A stretch of DNA of 64,000 bases from Paracoccaceae bacterium (GTDB lineage: Bacteria; Pseudomonadota; Gammaproteobacteria; Pseudomonadales; Spongiibacteraceae). The translations under genes were made by a program, and so were the position numbers. Positions 44,577 to 55,955 of the stretch are shown here, in pieces (position 1 is the first letter of the stretch; each line of letters starts with the position of its first letter). The DNA lies in assembly GCA_047622145.1 (NCBI GenBank), contig JBLHMO010000001.1, positions 570 through 64,569 of the forward strand, read 5' to 3'. The notes below the pieces were generated by a model. It saw only the letters and a list, made by a program, of their open reading frames with translations. It ran no database searches and was not told the DNA's origin.

Positions 44577-45186
44577 ACAAAAGCAGGGTTCTGTTCGGGA
44601 CTCGCCGCTGACACTTGCGGATATTCAGCAGGCTTTCGGACGGTTTCGTCCGCGCAAGCGCTGGTGGCGGCGTTGGGTGAAACGCTCGGCGGTGGCGCTG
44701 CTGGTTCGTGATGGCAAGGCGGGGCCGGAAGTCTTGATGATCAAGCGCGCTGACCGTGAAGGCGACCCCTGGTCTGGGCATATGGCCTTTCCTGGTGGTC
44801 GTATGGAAACCGATGATCAGCATAGCCGCGCGACCGCTGAGCGGGAAACGCGCGAGGAAATTGGGGTCGACCCAGAGCAGGTCGGGCATTGTATTGGGCG
44901 CTTGTCAGACATTCTCAGCCGGCCGCACAGTGGCCGTCGGCCCATGGTCATTACGCCCTATGTATATATCGTGCAGGTGATTCCGGAGCCAAAGCCTAAC
45001 CACGAGGTGGCCGAGGTGATCTGGGTGCCGTTGCTGTATCTGGCAGATAAGGCGAATCGCGAACAGATGGTGTGGGAGCGCGGGCGCTTGAAATTGCATT
45101 TGCCCTGCTACCTGTACAAAGACAGAAGAATTTGGGGTTTGTCGCTGGTGATGCTGGATGAACTAATCGGCCTCTTCGGGGCTTAG
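44563..45186 (+). CDS. Nudix hydrolase (CoA pyrophosphatase-like)
   Basis: WSGHMAFPGG...AERETREEIG, IWGL. Confidence 0.88.
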   Translation: MSSTKQKQGSVRDSPLTLADIQQAFGRFRPRKRWWRRWVKRSAVALLVRDGKAGPEVLMIKRADREGDPWSGHMAFPGGRMETDDQHSRATAERETREEIGVDPEQVGHCIGRLSDILSRPHSGRRPMVITPYVYIVQVIPEPKPNHEVAEVIWVPLLYLADKANREQMVWERGRLKLHLPCYLYKDRRIWGLSLVMLDELIGLFGA

Positions 45187-45861
45187 GTCTTCTTCCTCCA
45201 TTGAGTTGTCGAGACGTTCACGCAGGACCTCGTTTCGTTGCTGCTGCATTAGAAAAATCTTGGTATCCGTAAGCAATTCTTTTCTTTCTGGTGAGGGTTT
45301 GGCCGCTTCGGTGAGTACGGCTTTATCGGCGCTGCCATTGAGAAATTTTCGAATAAGTTGCAGGCTTACGGCCGATTTTTTCTTATCGATGTAGAGCCAG
45401 CGTTTGTCGTCGTCGACGTTGCCACTCAAGTAGGCATTGCGATGCTCCAGCCAATAGACGCCACAGCGCATAAGACTGAAATCGCCCACTCTGCCATAGC
45501 TGATATTCGGTGTGTTTGGGTTGAAACCATCATCGGGAATGTCGGTGATAGGGTTCAGTACCAGCAACCATTCGCTACCGTTGGCAAAACCGTCGAGCTT
45601 GGCGCGGCACAGCGAGCCCGTGTCGCCCCAAATCCGGATGTCGTTGCGATAGAGCGTGCCCTGCAACACCTCGTCGACCTGTAAATCCATAGAGTTGCCC
45701 TTATGCGACCTTACCTTACCAAGCACAATGGTGGCGCCGGTTTTGTCGACTTCAGCAAAGTTGCCCTGCCAGACACAGCTACAGGCGAGTACCTGCCCAG
45801 TGTGGCCCAGCAGGGCCAGCAGACATAAAATCAGGACATAGTGTAGTCTGGCAATAGGCAT
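45163..45861 (-). CDS. Secreted hypothetical protein with N-terminal CSC (TIMP/NTR-like)
   Basis: Signal peptide ending VLA then CSC; 232-aa open frame with 4 Cys in the mature part. Confidence 0.75.
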   Translation of the reverse strand: MPIARLHYVLILCLLALLGHTGQVLACSCVWQGNFAEVDKTGATIVLGKVRSHKGNSMDLQVDEVLQGTLYRNDIRIWGDTGSLCRAKLDGFANGSEWLLVLNPITDIPDDGFNPNTPNISYGRVGDFSLMRCGVYWLEHRNAYLSGNVDDDKRWLYIDKKKSAVSLQLIRKFLNGSADKAVLTEAAKPSPERKELLTDTKIFLMQQQRNEVLRERLDNSMEEEDLSPEEAD

Positions 45862-46013
45862 AAGGTCTTATCCGCAGGTGCGCTGGGAAGCCTACTGAAA
45901 GGAGCAGATTAGCTCAAGTGTGCGCCCCTAAATTTTCGTCGAAATCTCGGCCAGTGTGGCGCGCTCAGTGTGCATTTCTGCGATTTCCGCCCTTGGCAGT
46001 ATAAAGCTGCCAG

Positions 46014-46172
46014 TCAATGGCCTTCGGGGCCCTGCCAATTGGCCACTCCGGGATCGCTATGGGCCACCACCAGAGTAAAGCTGCCATCAGTGCCGAGTTG
46101 TAGCTAACGTGTGTTGAGTGACGCTTGCCGATAGCGGTCAACAAAACTTTGCAGGTGGCGATGCCACAGCAA
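46014..46172 (-). pseudogene. Fragment of a DUF1214-type gene
   Basis: Hand translation LLWHRHLQSFVDRYRQASLNTR*LQLGTDGSFTLVVAHSDPGVANWQGPEGH* matches the DGS..VVAH.DPG..NWL...GH C-terminal motif. Confidence 0.62.
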
Positions 46173-46199
46173 CTAAATCGTCGGAAGTATTGCAGGCAC

Positions 46200-46228
46200 A
46201 AAAAACCCGGCTTCACGCCGGGATTTTT
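46200..46228. terminator. Bidirectional intrinsic terminator
   Basis: AAAAAA-CCCGGC-ttcac-GCCGGG-ATTTTT. Confidence 0.8.
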
Positions 46229-46247
46229 GTGCTGCTGCTGGTACTTA

Positions 46248-47012
46248 CTACAGATCAACCACGACACCGAAGAACATGCCGCTAACGGCAATATTGAATG
46301 CCTCGTCGTCGTCGCCTTCAAGGTCCATTGAGAAATCGCGAACGCCAAGCTCAAGGCCGACGATGCCAAAAATTTCGTAGCCGATATTTACTTTGGCGTC
46401 GATAATGGAGTTGCCGCTCACACTGATGCCATGCATCTCGGCACCGGCATACAGGCCTGAGAGCAAGGGGATGTCAACGCGTGCATTTACGTACAACAAG
46501 GGCAAGGTTCCCTTGATATCGCTGCTTGCGGTTACCGGATTGTAGTTTTGATCGAAGCCGGAAATTTTTGCTTCGCCGTCGAATTTGCGCGCCGTCAGGC
46601 CGACATCTAGTGAGACAATATTATCCAGAATTTCGTAGTAAAGGGTGGCATCGACATGGCTCAGGTCGATTTCAGACCTTATCTGTGTGCTAGCTATATA
46701 GGTATTACCTTCGTACTTGAAGTTGCGAGACAGTGTGCCAGTCTCGTCGAGGTCTATTCCGGTACTGCCAAGGCGTATATTTGGCAGTATGGGGATGGGG
46801 TGCTCCAGCGCGATAAAGAAGCTGTTTGCCCGAGCGTCGTCATAATTCAAATCGTCTTCGAGGTCGATTTTGTCGCTGCCGGTTTGATCCGAGCGCAGAT
46901 CACCCGACCAGTCCTGATTCCAGCTGTAAGCCCCCGCCGTTACACCAATAACGTCAGCAGATGCGGAAAAGGGAAGCAGCAGTGCTAAAGCACCCAGTAG
47001 TTTCTTGTTCAT
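46248..47012 (-). CDS. Outer-membrane beta-barrel protein (TIGR04219-like)
   Basis: Signal peptide ASA, ALEHPIPILPNIRL, DATLYYEILDN...LDVGL. Confidence 0.85.
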   Translation of the reverse strand: MNKKLLGALALLLPFSASADVIGVTAGAYSWNQDWSGDLRSDQTGSDKIDLEDDLNYDDARANSFFIALEHPIPILPNIRLGSTGIDLDETGTLSRNFKYEGNTYIASTQIRSEIDLSHVDATLYYEILDNIVSLDVGLTARKFDGEAKISGFDQNYNPVTASSDIKGTLPLLYVNARVDIPLLSGLYAGAEMHGISVSGNSIIDAKVNIGYEIFGIVGLELGVRDFSMDLEGDDDEAFNIAVSGMFFGVVVDL

Positions 47013-47063
47013 GTTATGCACCTCGTGCAAGTAGAGTTATGGGCGGAGTGTATGCAAAAACGC

Positions 47064-48113
<1,050 letters not shown>

Positions 48114-49409
48114 TTACAGCGTTTTAAAGACTTTTTCGGCGGCAGCCAAGGTCTGATTGATGTCGGCGTCGGTGTGCGCCGTCGACAGAAAGCCGGCTTC
48201 GTAACTGGCCGGTGCTAGATAGACGCCTTCGTTCAACATGCCGTGGAAAAAGAGATTAAAGCGCTGTGTGTCGCAAGCCATTACCTGCCGGTAGTTGGTG
48301 ATGTGTTTTTCTTCGGTAAAAAACACACCAAACATTGTGCCGACATGGTTGCTGGTCATTGCTACACCGGCGGCGTATGCGCGTTCACGCAAGCCATTCA
48401 CTAATTGTTCGGTGCGGGCAAACAGCGGCTCGTAAAAGCCGGGTGCCTGCACCGCGGTTAACATGCTGAGTCCTGCGGCCATGGCTAGGGGATTACCCGA
48501 TAGCGTACCCGCCTGATAGATGGGGCCGGCGGGTGCGAGTTGCTGCATGAGTTCTTCGCGGCCGCCAAAAGCCGCGACCGGCATGCCGCCCCCCATCACT
48601 TTACCTAGCGTAGTGATGTCGGCCTGCACGCCGTAATAACCCTGAGCGCCGGCGCTACCCAAGCGAAAGCCGGTCATCACTTCATCGATAATCAATAGCG
48701 CGCCGCTTTCGTCGCAAACCTCGCGCAGACATTCGAGAAAGCCGGGAATGGGTGGTACGCAATTCATATTGCCCGCAACGGGTTCAACGATCACACAGGC
48801 GATTTGATCGCCAAGTTTTGTAAAAGTCTCTTTGACACCGTCGATATCGTTGTAGGTAAGCGTCAATGTGTGATCGGCCAGCGCTTTGGGAACGCCCGGT
48901 GAGCTGGGAACACCAAAGGTCAGCGCACCTGAGCCGGCCTTGATAAGCAGCGAATCAGAGTGGCCGTGATAGCAGCCCTCGAATTTAACAATGGTGTCAC
49001 GGCCGGTGGCACCGCGGGCTAGCCGAATGGCGCTCATGGTGGCTTCGGTGCCGGAATTGACCATGCGCACCTGATCCATAGTAGGAACCAGCTTACAGAT
49101 CATTTCCGCCAGTTCGGTTTCCAGCGTAGTGGGGGCGCCAAAACTTAGGCCTTTGTCTAATTGTGTGCGAACCGCCGCCAGTACGTCGGCATTGGCGTGG
49201 CCGAGTAACATCGGGCCCCAGGACAGCACATAGTCGATATAGCGTTTGCCGTCGACGTCAAACAAATACGCGCCTTTTGCGTGATCGATAAATACGGGCG
49301 TGCCGCCAACCGCTTTGAAGGCGCGCACCGGCGAATTTACGCCCCCGGGAATTCGCTTTTTGGCGGCTTCGAATAGCGCTTCTGACTTACTCGTTTCTGA
49401 ACCTTGCAT
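48114..49409 (-). CDS. hemL: Glutamate-1-semialdehyde 2,1-aminomutase
   Basis: [41 protein letters not shown]. Confidence 0.98.
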   Translation of the reverse strand: MQGSETSKSEALFEAAKKRIPGGVNSPVRAFKAVGGTPVFIDHAKGAYLFDVDGKRYIDYVLSWGPMLLGHANADVLAAVRTQLDKGLSFGAPTTLETELAEMICKLVPTMDQVRMVNSGTEATMSAIRLARGATGRDTIVKFEGCYHGHSDSLLIKAGSGALTFGVPSSPGVPKALADHTLTLTYNDIDGVKETFTKLGDQIACVIVEPVAGNMNCVPPIPGFLECLREVCDESGALLIIDEVMTGFRLGSAGAQGYYGVQADITTLGKVMGGGMPVAAFGGREELMQQLAPAGPIYQAGTLSGNPLAMAAGLSMLTAVQAPGFYEPLFARTEQLVNGLRERAYAAGVAMTSNHVGTMFGVFFTEEKHITNYRQVMACDTQRFNLFFHGMLNEGVYLAPASYEAGFLSTAHTDADINQTLAAAEKVFKTL

Positions 49410-49459
49410 ACAGCACTCGCTTATTGGTATGGCGGCATTATCGCCTATTGACGCGTTTT

Positions 49460-49879
49460 TTACAGGGGGCGAACGACCACGAGAATGATAGCGCCGAACA
49501 AGATCAGCACCGGCGCCTCGTTGAGCCAGCGATAAAAAACGTGGGAGCGGATATTATCGTCTGCCTCAAAACGCTTTACCAGAATGCCGCAGTAGACATG
49601 ATAGGCAATGAGTGCGCAGACGAGCAGCAGTTTAAGCTGCATCCAGTGTTGGTCCAGATAAAACTGCCAGTTTTGGAGTAGCAGTATCGCGCCGAAGGCG
49701 ACGGTTAAAAGCGCGAATGGCGTCATAAAGCGATACAGTTTTCGCTCCATGGTTTTCAGGTGGTCGCGAGAGGCTTGCTCTGTGGCCGTGGCGTGATAGA
49801 CGAACAGCCGCGGTAGATAAAAAATACCGGCGAACCAGCAAACCATGGCGATGATATGAAACGCCTTTATCCACAGCAT
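49460..49879 (-). CDS. hemJ: Protoporphyrinogen IX oxidase HemJ
   Basis: WIKAFHII...[28 protein letters not shown]. Confidence 0.93.
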   Translation of the reverse strand: MLWIKAFHIIAMVCWFAGIFYLPRLFVYHATATEQASRDHLKTMERKLYRFMTPFALLTVAFGAILLLQNWQFYLDQHWMQLKLLLVCALIAYHVYCGILVKRFEADDNIRSHVFYRWLNEAPVLILFGAIILVVVRPL

Positions 49880-49890
49880 AAGCAATTTTC

Positions 49891-51633
49891 CTAAAATCTG
49901 ATGGGCAAGTTGTAGTGGTCAGATAGGGCTTCGCGGGTAATAACGCCCTCGTCGGGCGGCCCGCGCCGCTGCCGACTGCTGCTAACGAATAAGACATCAA
50001 GCCCCGCCTGATTCATGGAATCCAATGCCTCCCAGAGCGTGCTGCTAAGGTCAACATTGGCGGTGCGGCGACGGTTTGGCAGTGCCGCGAGCAAATCGAC
50101 AGTTTCATCGTCCGACTCCAGCTGGTCCAATAGCGGGAGCCAATTTTCGCGGTGCACCACAATGCGTTGGCCCTCTTGGTTGGTGATGACCAGCCAGCGT
50201 ACCGGTTTTTCCGTTAGTTTGGGTAGGTCGGCCACCGGCAGCTGCTGCTCAACATGCTTGAGGTTGCGATCCATCAGTGCCGCGACACTGGTGCGCAGCA
50301 GCTCCAGCGTTAAGGGATCGGAGCGCACGGATTGCTGATGCGCCTGCAGCGTTGTCTGGTGGGCCGACTGCAATCCGAATGCTTCCCGGTGCACCAGCTG
50401 CGCCGAAATGACGGCCAGCATGGCTGGAAATACGATGTTCAGGTTATGGGTCAATTCGATAATAGCCAGCAGCGCCGCCAGTGGCGCATTCAAAATGGCG
50501 CCCATGGTCGCGGCCATGCCCAGCAAGACATAAAAGCTGTGCTCCGCGGCAAGTTCCGGTAATAGGGTGATCCCCACATTGCCCAGCAGTGCGCCGGCAA
50601 ACGCACCGATCAGCAAGCTGGGGCCGATAATGCCGATGGGCATACCCATGCCGCAGGACACCGCGCTTGCGAGAAGTTTAAGGACAAGCAGGAGTAGCAG
50701 AACCTGAAGGCTGTAACTGCCGTCCATCGCAGATTGTAGGCTATCATAACCAATGCCGAGAACTTGCGGCGCCAGCAAGGCGCAGAGGCCGGTGACCAGT
50801 CCGGCTATGACCATACGCAGCAAAACCGGTTGTCCCAGTAAGCGCAGGCAGCGCGACTGTATGCTCACAAACAGTCCAGAGAGCACTCCGGCGCTGATAC
50901 CCAATAGCGCAATAAAGGGCAGCTCCAGCAGGGATGCCATATTGATATCGCTAGCGGGCAGAAAAATAATATCGCCAAATACCGCCTGGGATATCGTGGT
51001 TGCAGTCACTGACGCCAGTATCACGGGCACGAATCCGGTAACCGTGTATTCGAGCATAACGACTTCCATCGCGAAAATGACCCCGGCGATGGGCGTGTTA
51101 AAGGAGGCGGCAATGGCGGCGGCGGTGCCGCAGGCTGTCATAACCCTGAGGCTGTTGTTGGGTAGGCGCATGCGCCGTCCGAACAAACTGCTTGCGGCGG
51201 CGCCGATATGAACCGCCGGGCCTTCGCGGCCGCCCGACTGGCCGCTGAGCAGGGCAATAAGAGCGCCGCCAAATTGCAGTGTAAGATTGCCCAGCGGCAA
51301 GTGCCCGCGGCCGTGATGGAGCGACGCGATCACGTGCGGTATGCCCGTCATTCGATAACTCTGGGGGGTAAAATGCAGGATCAGACCCAAAATCAGTGCG
51401 CCGCCAAACGGCAAGGCGAAATGCCAGAAGCGGGGTAGGGCTTCAAAATTTTCCGGTGAGCCGCCGGGTAGAAATTCCGCCAGCGGCCATTCAAGCGCGA
51501 GCCGGAATACGACGATTAAGCTGGCGGTGATCACGCCCGCTAGAAGGCCCAGCAGCGCATAGGGCAGGGCGGCGTCCGGGCTGGCAAGCCGCCGCCGAAA
51601 CTCGCGCAGGCTGTTATTTAGCACGGAGGACAA
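49891..51633 (-). CDS. ClC-family chloride channel/transporter
   Basis: TGIP, GREGP, AASFNTPIAGVIFAMEV, many TM helices, CBS-like tail. Confidence 0.92.
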   Translation of the reverse strand: MSSVLNNSLREFRRRLASPDAALPYALLGLLAGVITASLIVVFRLALEWPLAEFLPGGSPENFEALPRFWHFALPFGGALILGLILHFTPQSYRMTGIPHVIASLHHGRGHLPLGNLTLQFGGALIALLSGQSGGREGPAVHIGAAASSLFGRRMRLPNNSLRVMTACGTAAAIAASFNTPIAGVIFAMEVVMLEYTVTGFVPVILASVTATTISQAVFGDIIFLPASDINMASLLELPFIALLGISAGVLSGLFVSIQSRCLRLLGQPVLLRMVIAGLVTGLCALLAPQVLGIGYDSLQSAMDGSYSLQVLLLLLVLKLLASAVSCGMGMPIGIIGPSLLIGAFAGALLGNVGITLLPELAAEHSFYVLLGMAATMGAILNAPLAALLAIIELTHNLNIVFPAMLAVISAQLVHREAFGLQSAHQTTLQAHQQSVRSDPLTLELLRTSVAALMDRNLKHVEQQLPVADLPKLTEKPVRWLVITNQEGQRIVVHRENWLPLLDQLESDDETVDLLAALPNRRRTANVDLSSTLWEALDSMNQAGLDVLFVSSSRQRRGPPDEGVITREALSDHYNLPIRF

Positions 51634-51762
51634 ACTCCGCTGATTTTATAAAGCGTTTTGTGAGGACTAATAACATGCTCTGCTTCGCGTGTGCGCGCTA
51701 AATCGATTATTATAAGCGGCTCATCCTCGCAGGCCTAATAAGTCTGCTCAACGTAACAGGGA

Positions 51763-52809
51763 ATGGCTGTGTTAAAGGTAGGTATTGTCGGTGGCACCGG
51801 TTATACAGGTGCTGAATTATTGCGAATTCTGGTCGACCATCCAGATGCGGAAGTTACCATGATCACCTCGCGTGCCGAGGCCGGTGTGAATGTTGACGAG
51901 TTATTTCCCAGCCTGCGCGGCCGCTGTGATTTACGCTTCACCGAGCCTGAACCCGATAAGTTGGCTCAATGCGATGCAGTGTTTTTTGCGACGCCGCACA
52001 ATGTTGCGATGAACTCCGTCCCCGAGCTGTTGGCGGCCGGCACGCGAGTAATTGATTTGTCTGCCGACTTCCGTATTCGCGACGCCAAGCTCTGGTCAAA
52101 GTGGTATCACGAAGAGCACGCGTGCCCAGAGCTGCTGGAAAGAGTGGTATACGGACTGCCGGAAATCTTTTCAAAAGAACTGCGTGACGCAGAGTTGGTG
52201 GCCTGCGCGGGCTGTTATCCAACGGCAATCCAGCTGGGCTTCTGGCCCCTGCTCGAAGAGAAATTGGTCGATAATACGCACCTGATTGCCAGCGCCGCGT
52301 CGGGTATCAGCGGTGCCGGCCGACAGGCCAAGGTCGGTAACCTGTACACGGAAGTGGCGGAAAATTTTAAAGCCTACGGTGTATCGGGCCATCGCCATTT
52401 ACCTGAACTTAATCAGGGGCTCTCATGGGCCGCAGGTGAGCCGCTGAATGTGGTGTTTACGCCGCATTTAGTGCCCATGATTCGCGGTATTCACGCCACG
52501 CTTTATGCGACTCTGCGCGATCCGGCGGTGGCGCTGGATGAGTTGCAGTACTTGTATGAACAGCGCTTTGCCAACTGCCCCTTTGTCGATGTGATGCCGG
52601 TCGGCAGTCATCCCGAAACTCGCAGCGTGAAGGGCAGTAATATTCTGCGAATGGCGCTGCACCGTCCGCCGCAGAGCGATTCAGTGGTGGTGCTGGTGGC
52701 CGAAGACAACTTGGTTAAGGGCGCTTCGGGGCAGGCTATTCAGTGCATGAACCTGATGTTTGGTCTCGACGAGACCGCGGGTTTGGGCGCGATTGCTGTA
52801 CTACCCTAA
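51763..52809 (+). CDS. argC: N-acetyl-gamma-glutamyl-phosphate reductase
   Basis: [36 protein letters not shown]. Confidence 0.98.
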   Translation: MAVLKVGIVGGTGYTGAELLRILVDHPDAEVTMITSRAEAGVNVDELFPSLRGRCDLRFTEPEPDKLAQCDAVFFATPHNVAMNSVPELLAAGTRVIDLSADFRIRDAKLWSKWYHEEHACPELLERVVYGLPEIFSKELRDAELVACAGCYPTAIQLGFWPLLEEKLVDNTHLIASAASGISGAGRQAKVGNLYTEVAENFKAYGVSGHRHLPELNQGLSWAAGEPLNVVFTPHLVPMIRGIHATLYATLRDPAVALDELQYLYEQRFANCPFVDVMPVGSHPETRSVKGSNILRMALHRPPQSDSVVVLVAEDNLVKGASGQAIQCMNLMFGLDETAGLGAIAVLP

Positions 52810-52819
52810 GTTTTCGTAT

Positions 52820-52844
52820 AAAGTTGACTAATTTACTGGGTTAT
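52820..52844 (+). promoter_or_regulatory. IscR type-1-like operator overlapping the erpA -35 region
   Basis: AAAGTTGACTAATTTACTGGGTTAT resembles the IscR type-1 site (ATAGTTGACCAATTTACTCGGGAAT, recalled from E. coli iscR). Confidence 0.65.
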
Positions 52845-52905
52845 TGAACAATTCTCGGGCTGGCCGCAGATTTCAGCTGCGGCGGCCTGATTTCGAAGGA
52901 GTCGT

Positions 52906-53256
52906 ATGTCGGTAGAGCAATTTACACCCACAGTAGTTAATCTCACTGCTCGCGCGGTAGAGAAGGTGCGGACCTTGAAAACCGAGGAAGCCAATCCGGA
53001 CATCAAACTTCGCGTGTTTGTGACTGGGGGTGGCTGTTCGGGTTTTCAGTATGGTTTTACCTTCGACGAATTGGTGGCCGATGACGACACGTCGGTCGAT
53101 GTTGATGATGTGACGGTGCTGGTCGACCCGCTGAGCTATCAGTATCTGACCGGCGCAGAAGTCGACTATCTCGAAGGCCTTGAAGGTTCGCGCTTTGTTG
53201 TGACTAACCCCAATGCTTCCACTACCTGCGGTTGCGGGTCCTCGTTTTCTATCTGA
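52906..53256 (+). CDS. erpA: Fe-S cluster insertion protein ErpA
   Basis: [33 protein letters not shown]. Confidence 0.97.
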   Translation: MSVEQFTPTVVNLTARAVEKVRTLKTEEANPDIKLRVFVTGGGCSGFQYGFTFDELVADDDTSVDVDDVTVLVDPLSYQYLTGAEVDYLEGLEGSRFVVTNPNASTTCGCGSSFSI

Positions 53257-53281
53257 TTTATCCGCCCTTCAGAGCCGGCAA

Positions 53282-54394
53282 TCAGGCTGGGTATATTGCG
53301 CCCAGCAGGGCTTCATGTGCGGCCCCGGTTACGCTGGGGATATTTCCGCTCATACCTTCCATACGTCTATAAGCCAGCCAGGCGAAGGCGATCGCTTCAA
53401 CCCATTGCGGTGCAATGCCGAGCTTTTCTGTGCTGACCACCAGCATGGGATGCAGCAGTGTTTCCAGTCTTTGCATCAGCGTGGTGTTATAGGCGCCACC
53501 ACCACAAACATAGAGCTGGGACGGGTGGCTGTTCAGTCGCAGCAGGGGCGCAGCAATCGTTTGTGCACTGAACTCGAGTAGGCTTGCCTGAATATCTTGC
53601 GGGCTTAAATGGGTCGGTAAATCGGCGAGTAGCCCTGCGTCAAAATCCTCGCGGCCGGTGCTGCGTGGTCCGTTGTGTAGCTGGAAGTAGGGCAATGCTA
53701 GCAAGCCGCTTAGAAAGGCATCGTCGACTTTGCCACTTGCCGCCCAGCGACCGCCCTCGTCGAATTCCAAGCCTTGTTGTTGCCGAACCCAAACGTCCAT
53801 CAATACATTGCCGGGCCCAGTATCGAATCCGCTGCATTCGCCCTTGGCCGGTAGCAGGGTGATATTCGCCATGCCACCAATATTGACGATGGCGCGGTAC
53901 GATGTGTCAGACGCAAATACGGCACGATGAAATGCCGGTGCCAGTGGTGCGCCTTGTCCGCCTTCGGCGATATCGCGGCGGCGAAAGTCACTAACGGTGG
54001 TGATGCCGGTTTGCATCGCGAGGGTATTGGGGTCGCCAATCTGGAGAGTGAAGGCGGTATTGGCTGGTTGCACGGCCGTAGCTGGACGATGGCGAATCGT
54101 TTGGCCGTGGCAGCCGATGGCACTCACGCTGCCGGCGGAGACACCGGCTTTACTTAGCAATGCAGTAACGGCCTCGGCATAACAGGCGCCCAACTCGCGG
54201 TCGGCGCGCCCCATTCGCTCAATCTCGTTGTCGCCCGGTTGGCACAAACGGGTCAGTGATGCGCGCAGATGTTCCGGAAAGCTGTGCTCGTGATGGCTGA
54301 GTAATTCAGGTTTTTTGTCAGCTGAAATTTCGCACAGCGCAGCGTCGATGCTGTCCAGGCTGGTGCCGGACATCACCCCAATATACAGCGGCAC
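53282..54394 (-). CDS. anmK: Anhydro-N-acetylmuramic acid kinase
   Basis: GVMSGTSLD, HGQTIRH, DFRRRD, GGQGAPL, FDTGPGN, EAIAFAWLA. Confidence 0.97.
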   Translation of the reverse strand: MPLYIGVMSGTSLDSIDAALCEISADKKPELLSHHEHSFPEHLRASLTRLCQPGDNEIERMGRADRELGACYAEAVTALLSKAGVSAGSVSAIGCHGQTIRHRPATAVQPANTAFTLQIGDPNTLAMQTGITTVSDFRRRDIAEGGQGAPLAPAFHRAVFASDTSYRAIVNIGGMANITLLPAKGECSGFDTGPGNVLMDVWVRQQQGLEFDEGGRWAASGKVDDAFLSGLLALPYFQLHNGPRSTGREDFDAGLLADLPTHLSPQDIQASLLEFSAQTIAAPLLRLNSHPSQLYVCGGGAYNTTLMQRLETLLHPMLVVSTEKLGIAPQWVEAIAFAWLAYRRMEGMSGNIPSVTGAAHEALLGAIYPA

Positions 54395-55731
54395 TAGCCT
54401 GCGCCGACCCGAGATGTAGACGGGCTGCGAAACCCGGCCTGAACTGCGTAGGTTGAAAGTTGTAGATGCATGCCGCGTATCGCTTGGGCGTAGATGGTCA
54501 TTTCGGTAGTGGTGATTTTTTTGGCTTTTGGCAGCTTGTCGACGATAGTGCGGGGATTACGGTGCACACCGTTCATAAGAAATTCATAGTGAAGGTGGGG
54601 GCCCGTGGCATACCCCGTCGAGCCCACCCAACCAATGACCTGACGCTGGTCCACGCGACTGCCTTTGCGCACGGCTTTGCGGTCCAAATGCAGGTATTTG
54701 GTGATGTATTGTGGCCCGTGCTGAACAAACACATAGTTGCCATTGGCCTTGGTGTAGCCCGCATCAATTACCCGTCCTTCGCCGGCGGCGTATACCGGCG
54801 TGCCGCGGGGAGCGGCGTAGTCAATGCCTCGGTGGGGGCGCACCGTCTTGAATACCGGATGCAAACGTCTGGGATTAAAGTGCGATGAAATGCGTGAAAA
54901 CTCGAGCGGCGCGCGCAAAAATGCTTTTTGCATGCTTTCGCCTTCGGGTGAGTAATAGCTGGTCGACCCCAGTGCGTTGGTGTATCGAAAGGCCTGATAG
55001 CTACGCCCCCTGTTAACATACTCAGCGGCAAGAATGTCGCCACTTTTGTAACGCTCGCCATCAATATAGAGTTCTTCGTAGAGAACAATAAAATGGTCGC
55101 CGGCGCGAACGTCGTACACAAAGTCCATCACGCCGCCAAAAATATTGGAAAGTTCCATGATCAGGCGTTGCGGCAGGTTGGCGTCTTCAGCGGCTTTATA
55201 CAGAGAGCTGGAGATGGTTGCGCTGTTGAGTTTGACGCGAACCTCTGGCACGCGACTGAGTTCCGATGTTTTGAAGCCGTCGGGCGTGCGCTCAAATAGC
55301 AGGGTTGAAATCTTGTTGTGCTGCAGTTTAAGTGCTTGTAAGCGATTGTTCGCAATATGGAAAGACAGCTCCTGCCCAGGGAGGATGCGGCTCAGGACTT
55401 TTGTCTGCTTGGCGCTGGTAACCAGTTCGTGCAGATCGGCAGCGTGCAGCCCCATACGGTTAAAAATATGCGAGAGGCTGTCGCCCGCTTCCACGGCAAT
55501 AGTGTCCCAGTGAACACTGGCTGCCAGTGGCTCGTTTACGCTCAAGCGTTGAATACCGCTTGGGCTGACTTCAAGGCTAAGGGGAATGGCGGTACGCTTG
55601 GCTTCAGCTTTTTCACCCGGTAACAGGAGTAGTAGTAACACGATGGCGATAAAGGTCGATAGAGCCATGACCACATGTTTTTTGGGTGGGTGCGGAACCG
55701 CTGACCACTTTTCGCTGGGCTCTATATACAT
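54394..55731 (-). CDS. OapA/M23 peptidoglycan DD-endopeptidase (MepM-like)
   Basis: TM anchor, GDSLS, HRGID, YLHL, TGPHLHYE; start uncertain. Confidence 0.92.
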   Translation of the reverse strand: MYIEPSEKWSAVPHPPKKHVVMALSTFIAIVLLLLLLPGEKAEAKRTAIPLSLEVSPSGIQRLSVNEPLAASVHWDTIAVEAGDSLSHIFNRMGLHAADLHELVTSAKQTKVLSRILPGQELSFHIANNRLQALKLQHNKISTLLFERTPDGFKTSELSRVPEVRVKLNSATISSSLYKAAEDANLPQRLIMELSNIFGGVMDFVYDVRAGDHFIVLYEELYIDGERYKSGDILAAEYVNRGRSYQAFRYTNALGSTSYYSPEGESMQKAFLRAPLEFSRISSHFNPRRLHPVFKTVRPHRGIDYAAPRGTPVYAAGEGRVIDAGYTKANGNYVFVQHGPQYITKYLHLDRKAVRKGSRVDQRQVIGWVGSTGYATGPHLHYEFLMNGVHRNPRTIVDKLPKAKKITTTEMTIYAQAIRGMHLQLSTYAVQAGFRSPSTSRVGAG

Positions 55732-55955
55732 CACATTTGTCTTCACATTATTGTTGGACAGCACACGCTGAGCCAAACACTTCGTAAATCAAGGCTAAAT
55801 CCAGCTTTATGAATCACTTAGTCGACAAACCTATAATAAATCATAAGAGTTACACAAATAAAGTACTAACTTACCGGCTCAACCTTGCAATTCGGGGACT
55901 TTGTTGTATTGTGCCAGCTCCGTGGGGTAAGGGTATTGGTTTTTTCCGGAGTGTG

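Noticed and set aside
45965-46369. 134-aa ORF as a real gene
   Set aside because: It overlaps the barrel gene, runs through a terminator, and a different frame explains the coding signal (DUF1214 remnant).
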